DNA of 20,000 bases from an uncultured virus (IMG/VR IMGVR_UViG_3300025313_000005) (lineage: Duplodnaviria > Heunggongvirae > Uroviricota > Caudoviricetes), in IMG/VR virus record IMGVR_UViG_3300025313_000005; one strand, 5' to 3'. The notes beneath the pieces were generated by a model. The model had not been told where the DNA came from. It made no database searches and worked only from the letters and a program-made list of their open reading frames with translations. Position 1 is the stretch's first letter, and the number at the start of each line of letters is the position of its first letter. A program made the translations under genes and the position numbers. Below are positions 7,439 through 15,508 of this stretch, piece after piece.

Positions 7439-8597
7439 TTGCTGTTGCCTTCTTCTTTTCTTTCTCTTCCAACTCCAACTCTTGTTCAAGTAGTGTATCA
7501 AAGATATCTATCAGATGATGTTCGTTAGCAACATCTCTTGTCCTAACCACTTGACTAAACACTTCTTTATTTCTACATATTAATTTAAACAGATTAAACA
7601 ATCTTTGGTTACAACCTATTGCTCTCATAAAACTTACAACTAAATCAAGAGGAAGATCTATTATTAATAAACATATACTCTCGACAAAGCTAGACTGAGT
7701 AATGTTAGAGTCTATATACTTGTCAAGATACCTAGCCGTGTCATCTAATCCACGAGACAATACATCCATCTGTTGGTTTTGAATAAGCTTCTGAATTTTA
7801 GTGCGAATTTTTTTATAGTTTTCTACAAGAAGTTTAGAATCTAATGGTTGGTATTTGTCAATAACAAATCTCTTATATGATAGTCCACCAGCCTCACCGA
7901 TATTGCCCATAGCAATATCTAGAAATAAATCATAATCTTTCTTCTCAATGAATTTATCCAACTCAACTAACTTAAGTGCATTGCTTAAGCGTTCCCAACC
8001 TCTACGAGTTGGATAGGCTTGCCCCTTACTTGGGTCAAGATATATATTATCTTGCTTAATAAATTCGCAGACAGATTTGCATATATTATTTTTCTCTGCC
8101 CAACTCAACCACTCTTCAACTGTTGGTTCATATATTACTTTCCAGAACCTATCTTGCAACGCTATATCTAATGGAGATACATCATATCCATCTATCTCAG
8201 GATTTATAGCTGAGACAACAATACAATCTAGAGGCAATGTATGTGTATGTAATTTGAAATCTCTCACTAATTGAAAGATAGCTTGTTTTACATCCTGGGT
8301 ACCACGATTTAATTCATCTAAAAAGATAACAACTTTCTCGCCCTCTTTAGGCCACCAACTTGGGGGAGCCCAATAGGTATAACCGTCTTTAACTATAGGC
8401 ATACCTATTAAATCAGCCACTTCTTGCTGCCCTAATCTTAAATCTGCCAAACGATAACCTAATTCGCTTGCGACTTCAGCAACAACAGCCGACTTCCCTA
8501 TTCCATGCACCCCTTCTATCAGTAATGATACTCGATTACCGTTACCACTGTTCTGAATAAGTTTTCTTAGTACCTCTTGTAGCTGTAAAGTATTCAC
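7431..8597 (-). CDS. MoxR/dynein-related AAA+ ATPase
   Basis: Walker A GVHGIGKS, DLIGMP, Walker B VVIFLDELNR, SAINP sensor, ALQDRF Arg finger, PTRRGWE; paired with vWA gene. Confidence 0.92.
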   Translation of the reverse strand: MNTLQLQEVLRKLIQNSGNGNRVSLLIEGVHGIGKSAVVAEVASELGYRLADLRLGQQEVADLIGMPIVKDGYTYWAPPSWWPKEGEKVVIFLDELNRGTQDVKQAIFQLVRDFKLHTHTLPLDCIVVSAINPEIDGYDVSPLDIALQDRFWKVIYEPTVEEWLSWAEKNNICKSVCEFIKQDNIYLDPSKGQAYPTRRGWERLSNALKLVELDKFIEKKDYDLFLDIAMGNIGEAGGLSYKRFVIDKYQPLDSKLLVENYKKIRTKIQKLIQNQQMDVLSRGLDDTARYLDKYIDSNITQSSFVESICLLIIDLPLDLVVSFMRAIGCNQRLFNLFKLICRNKEVFSQVVRTRDVANEHHLIDIFDTLLEQELELEEKEKKKATASV

Positions 8598-8659
8598 CTA
8601 CCAATACCTCTTTCTTTATTATATTCTAATATCAATACCCAGTAATGCTCTTACTATAT

Positions 8660-9646
8660 CTACACATATTGTTTTCTCATATAAGCCAGATCAGCCTTAC
8701 CGAGCTCTTCTCCTAATACATCTAGTTCTATTAACCTTATTTTATGTCCCATAATCTCACATACATGTGTATTATCTTTAAACCAACGTATGGTCTTAGG
8801 ATTAATATCTTTTAATCTACTTGCTTCATCTTGATATTGCTCTCTTGCTTTAAACATATGAGCTGGACATGTATTTTCCTCTAAAGACATTTGCCTTAAT
8901 TTGACAATACTTAAATACCTACTTTCGTCTTCCCCTCTCGGACGTGACATTGTTTGTGGCTCGCCTTGTGTTCTAACATATCCCCTATCTTTCTGTACTC
9001 TGGAATATCCATGGCTTTGATCGGAGTTCCATGTTGCATTAATATTATTAGTTATCTCTTTATCTACAAACGCACCAGTTACAGCACACCGCCATAAAGG
9101 AAGATGTGGTTGATCTTTTATGTCCTGAACACTTCTCTCGTAGGGTTGATTTCTAAAGCTGTTTTCTTTATCTCTACATGCGAAGGAGCAATTACTACAA
9201 TTACGATATTGACTTACGTTATTATTACGTCTGTAAGCAGGCCACTCTTCTCCATACAATCCTTTAACAACCAGTCTAGGTACTCCATAGAATAATACGG
9301 GCGATATATTTCTTCCTAGATTATAACCATCTAGGATATTTATCTGAGGAATACCTGGCTGATAAGTGCGCAGAGCTTGCTGTATCTTACTTAGAATATC
9401 ACCATCTACCCCTTGCTTTGCAAGGGTAGATGTTATGTGTTGATTGGTTTCTTGCGTATTACCTAATGCCCAACTAGCCCAAAATCTATAACCAATTGTT
9501 TGGGTAGTATCCTTAATCTTATATATCCACCCCCTATAAGATATACTATTGCTTTCATCTACTATGAAATCAAACTGAGCAATACGTTCATTTCCACTCT
9601 TGTTTGTGACGCTACACTTCTGTGCTCTTACATACATGAACATCAC
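8660..9646 (-). CDS. Hypothetical protein with dispersed Cys/His cluster (CSNC..AC, WRC, CPAH); probable start 9637
   Basis: Long ORF; GAGGTG RBS best spaced for ATG 9637. Confidence 0.8.
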   Translation of the reverse strand: MMFMYVRAQKCSVTNKSGNERIAQFDFIVDESNSISYRGWIYKIKDTTQTIGYRFWASWALGNTQETNQHITSTLAKQGVDGDILSKIQQALRTYQPGIPQINILDGYNLGRNISPVLFYGVPRLVVKGLYGEEWPAYRRNNNVSQYRNCSNCSFACRDKENSFRNQPYERSVQDIKDQPHLPLWRCAVTGAFVDKEITNNINATWNSDQSHGYSRVQKDRGYVRTQGEPQTMSRPRGEDESRYLSIVKLRQMSLEENTCPAHMFKAREQYQDEASRLKDINPKTIRWFKDNTHVCEIMGHKIRLIELDVLGEELGKADLAYMRKQYV

Positions 9647-9661
9647 CTCTTGTTAAAAGAT

Positions 9662-9757
9662 AGCTTGCGAAGCAAGCTTCGTTTACTTAGACCACCTGAA
9701 AAGCAAGACGTCAAGGCTTTAAGCGAAGCGTGCCTTGACGTTGAAGCTGCAGGTGGT
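9662..9757. repeat. Structured intergenic element, copy 1
   Basis: AGCTTGC-GAA-GCAAGCT hairpin, 12 nt, ACCACCTG/CAGGTGGT outer stem enclosing ACGTCAAGGC/GCCTTGACGT inner stem; homologous to 14923-15013. Confidence 0.85.
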
Positions 9758-9779
9758 TGCAGTTTATTTTAATTTTTCT

Positions 9780-10040
9780 TTATATATTTAATAATATTCT
9801 TGCTAGATTACTAGGCGTTGCAGGTGTAGGTGAAACATTATTGAAATCAGAATATATCCCTGGTTGATGGACTTTCTTTATAACAGATGGTGTAATATAA
9901 GTAATTGAATTTGCTTTTAAGAACTGATTATTATCAAATCTACTATCATATATCTCGTAAACTTTACTTCTTAGTAAGTATGATATACCCATAATATTGA
10001 TAGTTAAATATATTTCATACGGAAGTAATTGATTAGACAT
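9780..10040 (-). CDS. Hypothetical protein with C-terminal tag ATPSNLARILLNI
   Basis: ORF; shared tag. Confidence 0.6.
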   Translation of the reverse strand: MSNQLLPYEIYLTINIMGISYLLRSKVYEIYDSRFDNNQFLKANSITYITPSVIKKVHQPGIYSDFNNVSPTPATPSNLARILLNI

Positions 10041-10092
10041 GTGTTTCTTCTTCTTATGAAATACCTAGTAATAACATAGACACATTTCTCTC

Positions 10093-10377
10093 TTAGCTCC
10101 TGCCAATGTCTGGATATGCTTTTGGGGCTGCAGGATAATTAGTACCTCTTGTAGGTCCATCAGCACCTACCAATGAATTAATTCTACTATGGAAGTGAGG
10201 TCTATTGCTACCAAATATCTTAGGGAACATAGACGTACTAAATTCTTGCACGGTTATTATCTCACTAGCAAAGAGAGTTTGTGCTTGAGCCCTAGCATCA
10301 ATTAAGCTTAATGCATCTATTATAAAATCATCGTAGCCACCTCTACGGTGGCTTATGTGTACTAAAAATTGAGGCAT
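10093..10377 (-). CDS. Hypothetical protein
   Basis: AAGGAG RBS; in-frame tag copy after its stop. Confidence 0.7.
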   Translation of the reverse strand: MPQFLVHISHRRGGYDDFIIDALSLIDARAQAQTLFASEIITVQEFSTSMFPKIFGSNRPHFHSRINSLVGADGPTRGTNYPAAPKAYPDIGRS

Positions 10378-10435
10378 ACTATCTCCTTCTTATGGGTATT
10401 CCTAGTAATGCTGAAACTAATATATATAGAAATAC

Positions 10436-10810
10436 TCATAGTGGTCTCAGATGTAATTCTATTTTATCTTCGTACGTATTAATATCACAGTTAGAACACG
10501 AACATATAATGAGAAACCCCCTACCATTTTCTGGAAGTTCTCCATCAATAGAACATAGGCTATCGATTGGTAGACCCTGAGATATTATCCTTACGCCATC
10601 GGCCTTATCCACAACTAAATCAAACATATGAGATGGAGTGTGTAGTGCGTTAATGGCCGCTTCATGGAAAGCCACGGCTAATTGAATACCAAATAATCTA
10701 CATACAGCCCTTCTAAGGGCTCTTATTTGTAGTCTATCTGATGCATCATATGAACCCTCATGCCTATTGTTCAATTTAATATCATGGCGTAAACCAGTGA
10801 GTAATCCCAT
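10436..10810 (-). CDS. Hypothetical protein
   Basis: AAGGAGGT RBS; in-frame tag copy after its stop. Confidence 0.7.
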   Translation of the reverse strand: MGLLTGLRHDIKLNNRHEGSYDASDRLQIRALRRAVCRLFGIQLAVAFHEAAINALHTPSHMFDLVVDKADGVRIISQGLPIDSLCSIDGELPENGRGFLIICSCSNCDINTYEDKIELHLRPL

Positions 10811-10815
10811 GTCAG

Positions 10816-11037
10816 CTACCTCCTTAAGTTAAGTAACATAATAACCATGTGTGATAGAGTACAAAAACACTCCTCGTCCCTATTAAGAGGGTCTGCATGT
10901 TTTATTGGTGTATCCTCCTGAATTCCATGAGGATTTATCGTGATAAATCTACAAAAATTATTCTCATAACATATATGTAGGTAGTTTATTGTACACTTCA
11001 TTGAATGATATACGGCTACAGGGTTCATATTATTCAT
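10816..11037 (-). CDS. Hypothetical protein with C-terminal tag CTLSHMVIMLLNL
   Basis: ORF packed between neighbours; shared tag. Confidence 0.55.
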   Translation of the reverse strand: MNNMNPVAVYHSMKCTINYLHICYENNFCRFITINPHGIQEDTPIKHADPLNRDEECFCTLSHMVIMLLNLRR

Positions 11038-11041
11038 TGCT

Positions 11042-11245
11042 TTAATTCATATGTGCATTCGGCATATGTTCTGGTTTATGTCCTGTTTCTTCTTTGTATC
11101 TCTCCACAATATTATCTACTACCTCTTGTGCTTCTTCGTGGGTATCAAATATAACTTGAAATATCTTATTTGTATCACCATCTTCTACTCGAACGATCCA
11201 TTTATTAGTCATAACACTATAACCTAATTGTAATCTAGCTGGCAT
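11042..11245 (-). CDS. Hypothetical protein
   Basis: AAGGAG RBS; beta-beta-alpha pattern ending FDTHEEAQEVV. Confidence 0.75.
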   Translation of the reverse strand: MPARLQLGYSVMTNKWIVRVEDGDTNKIFQVIFDTHEEAQEVVDNIVERYKEETGHKPEHMPNAHMN

Positions 11246-11345
11246 AAACTTCTCCTTCTTATATTAAATTTAGTATATGTTTAGTAATTGTTTAACCAGT
11301 ATATATAGCGATGCCAAATGCTTCAATTCCTCTCTCTATACTCTC

Positions 11346-11594
11346 TTAGTCATAGGCTTTATAGATAGTAAGGCATGGTCCCGCAGGAGGAACCAATACC
11401 AATTGAGTATCCCTCCTATGTTTCATCTTAACAGGTATAAATATCTGCCTATCTTGTAACCATGTAGCTATTATAGATGTGCTTAATCTATACCTACCTT
11501 TTTGAATTATATTTTTAGGTTTACGTCTAAGACTTAGTTTATTCTTCTGCATGTAAAATATGGTTCTCCTCTTCTTCGTCGTAAATAGAGCCAT
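11346..11594 (-). CDS. Basic hypothetical protein (start may be the internal MQKNK)
   Basis: ORF; GAGGAG precedes the internal ATG. Confidence 0.5.
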   Translation of the reverse strand: MALFTTKKRRTIFYMQKNKLSLRRKPKNIIQKGRYRLSTSIIATWLQDRQIFIPVKMKHRRDTQLVLVPPAGPCLTIYKAYD

Positions 11595-11635
11595 CTATGG
11601 CGCTTTATCCACGGTCCTATCGTGGAGGGGAATAG

Positions 11636-11896
11636 CTAAATATTTAATAGTGTTTTACAAAACGAACTTAAACAAGCGATATCATCTTCATATAATAAAT
11701 TGATAAGCGCAGTACCTGATGCAGATGTTATAATATTAGGATAAACATAATATGATTTATAGTTTCTACACCAACCGACGCTAGACATTGAGCCCTCATA
11801 TATAACCATTATGCCTTCAGAATTAAAAGGCTTAGTAGTAGGATCGGGTAAGTTAAGGATCTTATTTATTCTTTCCATAGAAGATAGCCACAGCAT
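11636..11896 (-). CDS. Hypothetical protein with C-terminal tag ACLSSFCKTLLNI
   Basis: ORF; start possibly 11878; shared tag. Confidence 0.55.
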   Translation of the reverse strand: MLWLSSMERINKILNLPDPTTKPFNSEGIMVIYEGSMSSVGWCRNYKSYYVYPNIITSASGTALINLLYEDDIACLSSFCKTLLNI

Positions 11897-12105
11897 GGTT
11901 TGCCATAGTGTGGTGGTTTCTTATAATGTCTAAAATAGTAATCATAGTTGTATCCCTTTGGATAGTTACGAAAGTACATCTCCTCTTTAGCATATGTATG
12001 TGTTGCTTCATAAAGAACTATTAAGGCGCGTGGTATAAAATTCCTTATCCAAAAATTTATTAGCATTGTGGGGTTCAAATACAAATACGCTTTATATGTG
12101 AACAT
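11866..12105 (-). CDS. Hypothetical protein
   Basis: Overlaps both neighbours in coupled fashion. Confidence 0.45.
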   Translation of the reverse strand: MFTYKAYLYLNPTMLINFWIRNFIPRALIVLYEATHTYAKEEMYFRNYPKGYNYDYYFRHYKKPPHYGKPCCGYLLWKE

Positions 12106-13006
12106 TTACTTGTCCGTCCTTAACTACTAATTCGTCATATGTTTTAGTTTGTAATCCCTTATGTAATACTAGTGTAGCCATAGATACTACATCACAATAT
12201 TTAATGGTAGCTACAGGATAATAATTAATATTTAATTCCTTAGCCATATCTTTAATAACCCGCCATACCGCATCGATTTGATCTTCTGCTTTATCTTTTT
12301 TATCTTTAATATATTTAGTTGTTCCCCTAGCTCGCATCATCGTAATAGCTAATTGTCCGCCATGATGAAGCTTACTTAATGCTAGCTCAATTGTTTTACC
12401 TTCTTCCGCCTTGACCTTGCCACAATAATCCAAATAAATCAGATCGTATTTGTTTTTTGTATCCCATAAGAACTCATAGATATTCTCATGATGTACGTGA
12501 ACATTGTTCTTATAGGCTGCTCGTGCTTTAACAGCAGCACAAACATAGCTGTGTATGTTGTGTTCTATTGAGTCTATTTGTGTACCAGGATTATACTTTA
12601 ATATCTCTGGTATATCATGTAGGTATGGTCCACCTAGAATAAGTATTTTAGGCTGTTTCTTACTATATAGACTTCGCTTGGCATATCTATACACAAGCTG
12701 TCTATTGATAGCTTTATTAATACCATCAAAAGGTAGTTGTTGCTTAATCCTATCTATTAAATCACTAGATTTATTTAGAGTAATAACATTAGCAGTACGA
12801 TAACCTTTATTAAATTGAATTAACCCAAGCTTATGCATACGTTGAATGAATCCACGCGCTTCAACGTAACTCTTATATCTACGTAACTCTGGTACAGATC
12901 TATAGAGGTCCGCAATAGAGTCTACTTGTTTGTGTTGTTCCAAATAGTCAATAGTAGCCTGCATGCGGTCTACTGCTTTCTTGCGAGTAATAGATGGATT
13001 ACTCAT
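12092..13006 (-). CDS. Class I SAM-dependent methyltransferase with N-terminal wHTH-like region
   Basis: KILILGGP (motif I-like), IDSIEHN (motif II), HENIYEFL, YDLIYLDYCG, LHHGGQLAIT. Confidence 0.8.
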   Translation of the reverse strand: MSNPSITRKKAVDRMQATIDYLEQHKQVDSIADLYRSVPELRRYKSYVEARGFIQRMHKLGLIQFNKGYRTANVITLNKSSDLIDRIKQQLPFDGINKAINRQLVYRYAKRSLYSKKQPKILILGGPYLHDIPEILKYNPGTQIDSIEHNIHSYVCAAVKARAAYKNNVHVHHENIYEFLWDTKNKYDLIYLDYCGKVKAEEGKTIELALSKLHHGGQLAITMMRARGTTKYIKDKKDKAEDQIDAVWRVIKDMAKELNINYYPVATIKYCDVVSMATLVLHKGLQTKTYDELVVKDGQVNVHI

Positions 13007-13065
13007 AGGAAGATCCTTCTTTCTCTAGATTGCTTCTTTAATCTTACTTATATTTATACTAGTAG

Positions 13066-13263
13066 TCATATTCCTAGTAATAATTTACATACCATATGAG
13101 GTGTTGCAATATCTTCACTAGAACATATCTTACTTTGATCATATTTTTGTGATCGTGATATGATAGCATTTCTAAATATACCAACGAGGAATAAAACTTC
13201 ACCCGTATCATTTCCAGTTTTATCAATGTGAACATTAGCATAACCAAATATCCACTTCTCCAT
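13066..13263 (-). CDS. Hypothetical protein with C-terminal tag ATPHMVCKLLLGI
   Basis: ORF; shared tag. Confidence 0.6.
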   Translation of the reverse strand: MEKWIFGYANVHIDKTGNDTGEVLFLVGIFRNAIISRSQKYDQSKICSSEDIATPHMVCKLLLGI

Positions 13264-13281
13264 TTCGGTTATTAGTTACAT

Positions 13282-13665
13282 TTAATAACCCATCAGTCTT
13301 CTCATAAGTGACTCACAGAAGGCAAGATTACCATCTCTACACATCTGTAATTTCATAGAGAACTCATAGTCATTCATGGGTGGTTGTGTATATGATGAGT
13401 TAGCTTCGTAATATGTACGATTAGGTACATAGCCTGGTTGAATAGGTATTGTTTGCAGGTTATATGGTCTAGGGTATGGCTCATAATACTGTTGTTGATA
13501 GATTGGATAAGGTTGGCATCTATGCTGTCCTTGTATAGCCTGAGTTAAAGTTAGAATACCAATAGCTAGGTTAATTGGATTAATCTGATCTGCATAAGAT
13601 ACCCTAACTGGTATTAAACATATGGCTAATAACAATATACACACTGTTTTATTTGCTGTTCTCAT
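13282..13665 (-). CDS. Putative exported protein, Pro/Tyr/Gln-rich
   Basis: Signal-peptide-like N-terminus (basic, hydrophobic, SYA-D). Confidence 0.65.
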   Translation of the reverse strand: MRTANKTVCILLLAICLIPVRVSYADQINPINLAIGILTLTQAIQGQHRCQPYPIYQQQYYEPYPRPYNLQTIPIQPGYVPNRTYYEANSSYTQPPMNDYEFSMKLQMCRDGNLAFCESLMRRLMGY

Positions 13666-13855
13666 TGAATAACCCCATTCCTGTTAAAAATGACATAGGA
13701 AATGCTATAGCACAACTTAGAATGATTCCCAATAACATATCAATATTATGATCTATATAATACAAAGTACTAGCTGCGCCGTATTGGAACACTGTTATTA
13801 TTAGTATATTAATTAATACTTTTAATATTATATTTAACTTCATAATTACCTCCAC
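13649..13855 (-). CDS. Small two-TM membrane protein (probable start at MKLNII)
   Basis: GGAGGT RBS before the internal ATG; two hydrophobic segments. Confidence 0.65.
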   Translation of the reverse strand: MEVIMKLNIILKVLINILIITVFQYGAASTLYYIDHNIDMLLGIILSCAIAFPMSFLTGMGLFNENSK

Positions 13856-13870
13856 TTTTATTGACTACGC

Positions 13871-14101
13871 TTATATCCCCAGTAGTATTCGTGCAATAAC
13901 AGACGGTGTAGACTTTTCATAATTATCTCTTGGACGCATTTTTCTGACTCGTTGTTTTGATGAATCAATATACGTAGAAAAAACCAATATATCAGAAGAT
14001 ATATTGGCTTGTAATTTTAATATCAAAGTTGCCGCATGTTTTGCACGTAATGTACGTTTTCTATCATCAAATATTTCAATGTTTTGATTAGTCATTTTCA
14101 T
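13871..14101 (-). CDS. Hypothetical protein with C-terminal tag STPSVIARILLGI
   Basis: Coupled to upstream ORF; shared tag. Confidence 0.6.
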   Translation of the reverse strand: MKMTNQNIEIFDDRKRTLRAKHAATLILKLQANISSDILVFSTYIDSSKQRVRKMRPRDNYEKSTPSVIARILLGI

Positions 14102-14297
14102 ACATCCAACTATAGAATACAGGATCTATGCCAGAATTGCATATTCTATTCTCTAATATCTTAACTAGACACGTAGAACTACACGTGTATATGTTATCCG
14201 ACTTTAATTTAAAGAGAGCGAGTTCCTTACAATACCCACATATCTCTTTGTTGGGAACTATAGTTTCTACTAAATTATGAAAGATCATATACTTCAT
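14088..14297 (-). CDS. Small CxxC...CSxxC zinc-finger protein
   Basis: ICGYC...YTCSSTC; AGGGGTG RBS. Confidence 0.65.
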   Translation of the reverse strand: MKYMIFHNLVETIVPNKEICGYCKELALFKLKSDNIYTCSSTCLVKILENRICNSGIDPVFYSWMYEND

Positions 14298-14370
14298 AAT
14301 ATGTTACACCCCTAATAATTGACGTACTAGTGTACTTGAACTAGCTACTCGATCTTTATAAAGAGGAGGC

Positions 14371-14402
14371 GCAGGAGCGCCCCCTCTATTAGGCGCTCCT
14401 GC
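14371..14402. terminator. GC-rich intergenic hairpin
   Basis: GCAGGAGCGCC/GGCGCTCCTGC 11-bp stem downstream of 14427-14894; weak U-tract. Confidence 0.5.
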
Positions 14403-14426
14403 TATAGGAGGGAAAACAATGTAGTT

Positions 14427-14894
14427 TTACTTATGATTACGTTCTTCAGCTTTAGTTAACTGATCAATAGGATCTACTATCTGAATATACTCTCTTGTAT
14501 CCGTTATCATACCACGCTCTATTACTTCACTGGGAGTTGTATATGCTTGTTTAAGTTGACTAAAGAATCCAAGCTTACGTATCTGTACTTGAGGACGCAT
14601 GCGCTCATTAAATGGTTCACTAATACTTATCATATAATCTATCTCGTAGGTATTACCATTCTTACCTGTTTTGGGTATACTTACTTTTTGATTTAGTATA
14701 TTAATTATAACATCTGTCTTTTTGCTCTTAAAGCTCTTATTGCGTTCACCTGTGGTGAACTTGGCTATAACCCCAGCTAATGCCACCTTAAGAGGTATGG
14801 TATCAAATACACGCAGTTCTAATTTGCGCGGAGAATCAACAGCACCTTGAACCTGACTTGCTACTTCTTCTGTAATTATTTCTTTTATTATCAT
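14427..14894 (-). CDS. Hypothetical beta-rich basic protein
   Basis: AAGGAG/AAGGA RBS; preceded by structured element copy 2. Confidence 0.8.
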   Translation of the reverse strand: MIIKEIITEEVASQVQGAVDSPRKLELRVFDTIPLKVALAGVIAKFTTGERNKSFKSKKTDVIINILNQKVSIPKTGKNGNTYEIDYMISISEPFNERMRPQVQIRKLGFFSQLKQAYTTPSEVIERGMITDTREYIQIVDPIDQLTKAEERNHK

Positions 14895-14922
14895 ATCCTT
14901 ATGCTCCTTTTAAATTAAGATG

Positions 14923-15013
14923 AGCTTGCGAAGCAAGCTTATAAACCCCGCACCACCTGTAACGTGAAGAAGTCAAGGGATGTTTTGTCCCTTGACTTCA
15001 AGCGGCAGGTGGT
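14923..15013. repeat. Structured intergenic element, copy 2
   Basis: AGCTTGC-GAA-GCAAGCT, 12 nt, ACCACCTG/CAGGTGGT enclosing GAAGTCAAGGGA/TCCCTTGACTTC. Confidence 0.85.
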
Positions 15014-15023
15014 AGATAAAGTA

Positions 15024-15185
15024 CTATTTAGAATTTAATGTTTCATATAAGAGATTAGCACAGTCTTCACTGCATATAAATGCTCTCATATCTTCATCAT
15101 ACCATTGAGTTATACTGCCACATTGCATACAATTTGTTTTCTTATTAGTTAGTATTAAATAATCTTGATAAATATTATTATCCAA
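15024..15185 (-). CDS. Small CxxC...CSxxC zinc-finger protein (TNCMQCG...FICSEDC), 5' end possibly disrupted
   Basis: Manual translation, 53 aa from TTG; the best RBS+ATG (15246) opens a different 12-codon frame. Confidence 0.55.
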   Translation of the reverse strand: MDNNIYQDYLILTNKKTNCMQCGSITQWYDEDMRAFICSEDCANLLYETLNSK

Positions 15186-15262
15186 TTTATCACTTCTCTA
15201 TAATGATCTATAAAAAATCAAAAAACTTTTGTTGTTCTGGATTCATAAACCCCTACTCCATT

Positions 15263-15508
15263 TCAGATTCTAGTATCTTTCCTACTACTAACTCCACACA
15301 TCCAACATGTAAAAGAGTGTACAATAAAGATAAAAGACAAAGCAATATATTCAGATATATCACGCGTACTTAGTGCTATATAAAGAAGAAGTGATATCCC
15401 TGTAATAATAATACACAATACAATACTAAACATTATTAAAGTATGGACCATTACTTCGATATGCGTCTTCGGCTTGCTTATATAGTCCAAGTAATGCAAA
15501 TACCACAT
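15263..15508 (-). CDS. Small two-TM membrane protein (probable start 15451)
   Basis: Two hydrophobic segments. Confidence 0.5.
   Translation of the reverse strand: MWYLHYLDYISKPKTHIEVMVHTLIMFSIVLCIIITGISLLLYIALSTRDISEYIALSFIFIVHSFTCWMCGVSSRKDTRI

Noticed and set aside
7439..7501. N-terminal extension MIHYLNKSWSWKRKKRRRQQQ of the vWA protein
   Set aside because: Alternate-frame read of the ATPase 3' end; the coupled GTG at 7438 is the more plausible start
13282..13330. C-terminus AFCESLMRRLMGY as a tag copy
   Set aside because: Register fits but it lacks T-P and the terminal Ile, and the protein looks exported; ambiguous, not counted
9662..15013. CRISPR repeat, IS ends or hammerhead ribozyme as explanation of the repeated element
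   Set aside because: Only two copies 5.2 kb apart, no spacer array, no transposase or target duplication, and no conserved CUGAnGA/GAAA core in both copies
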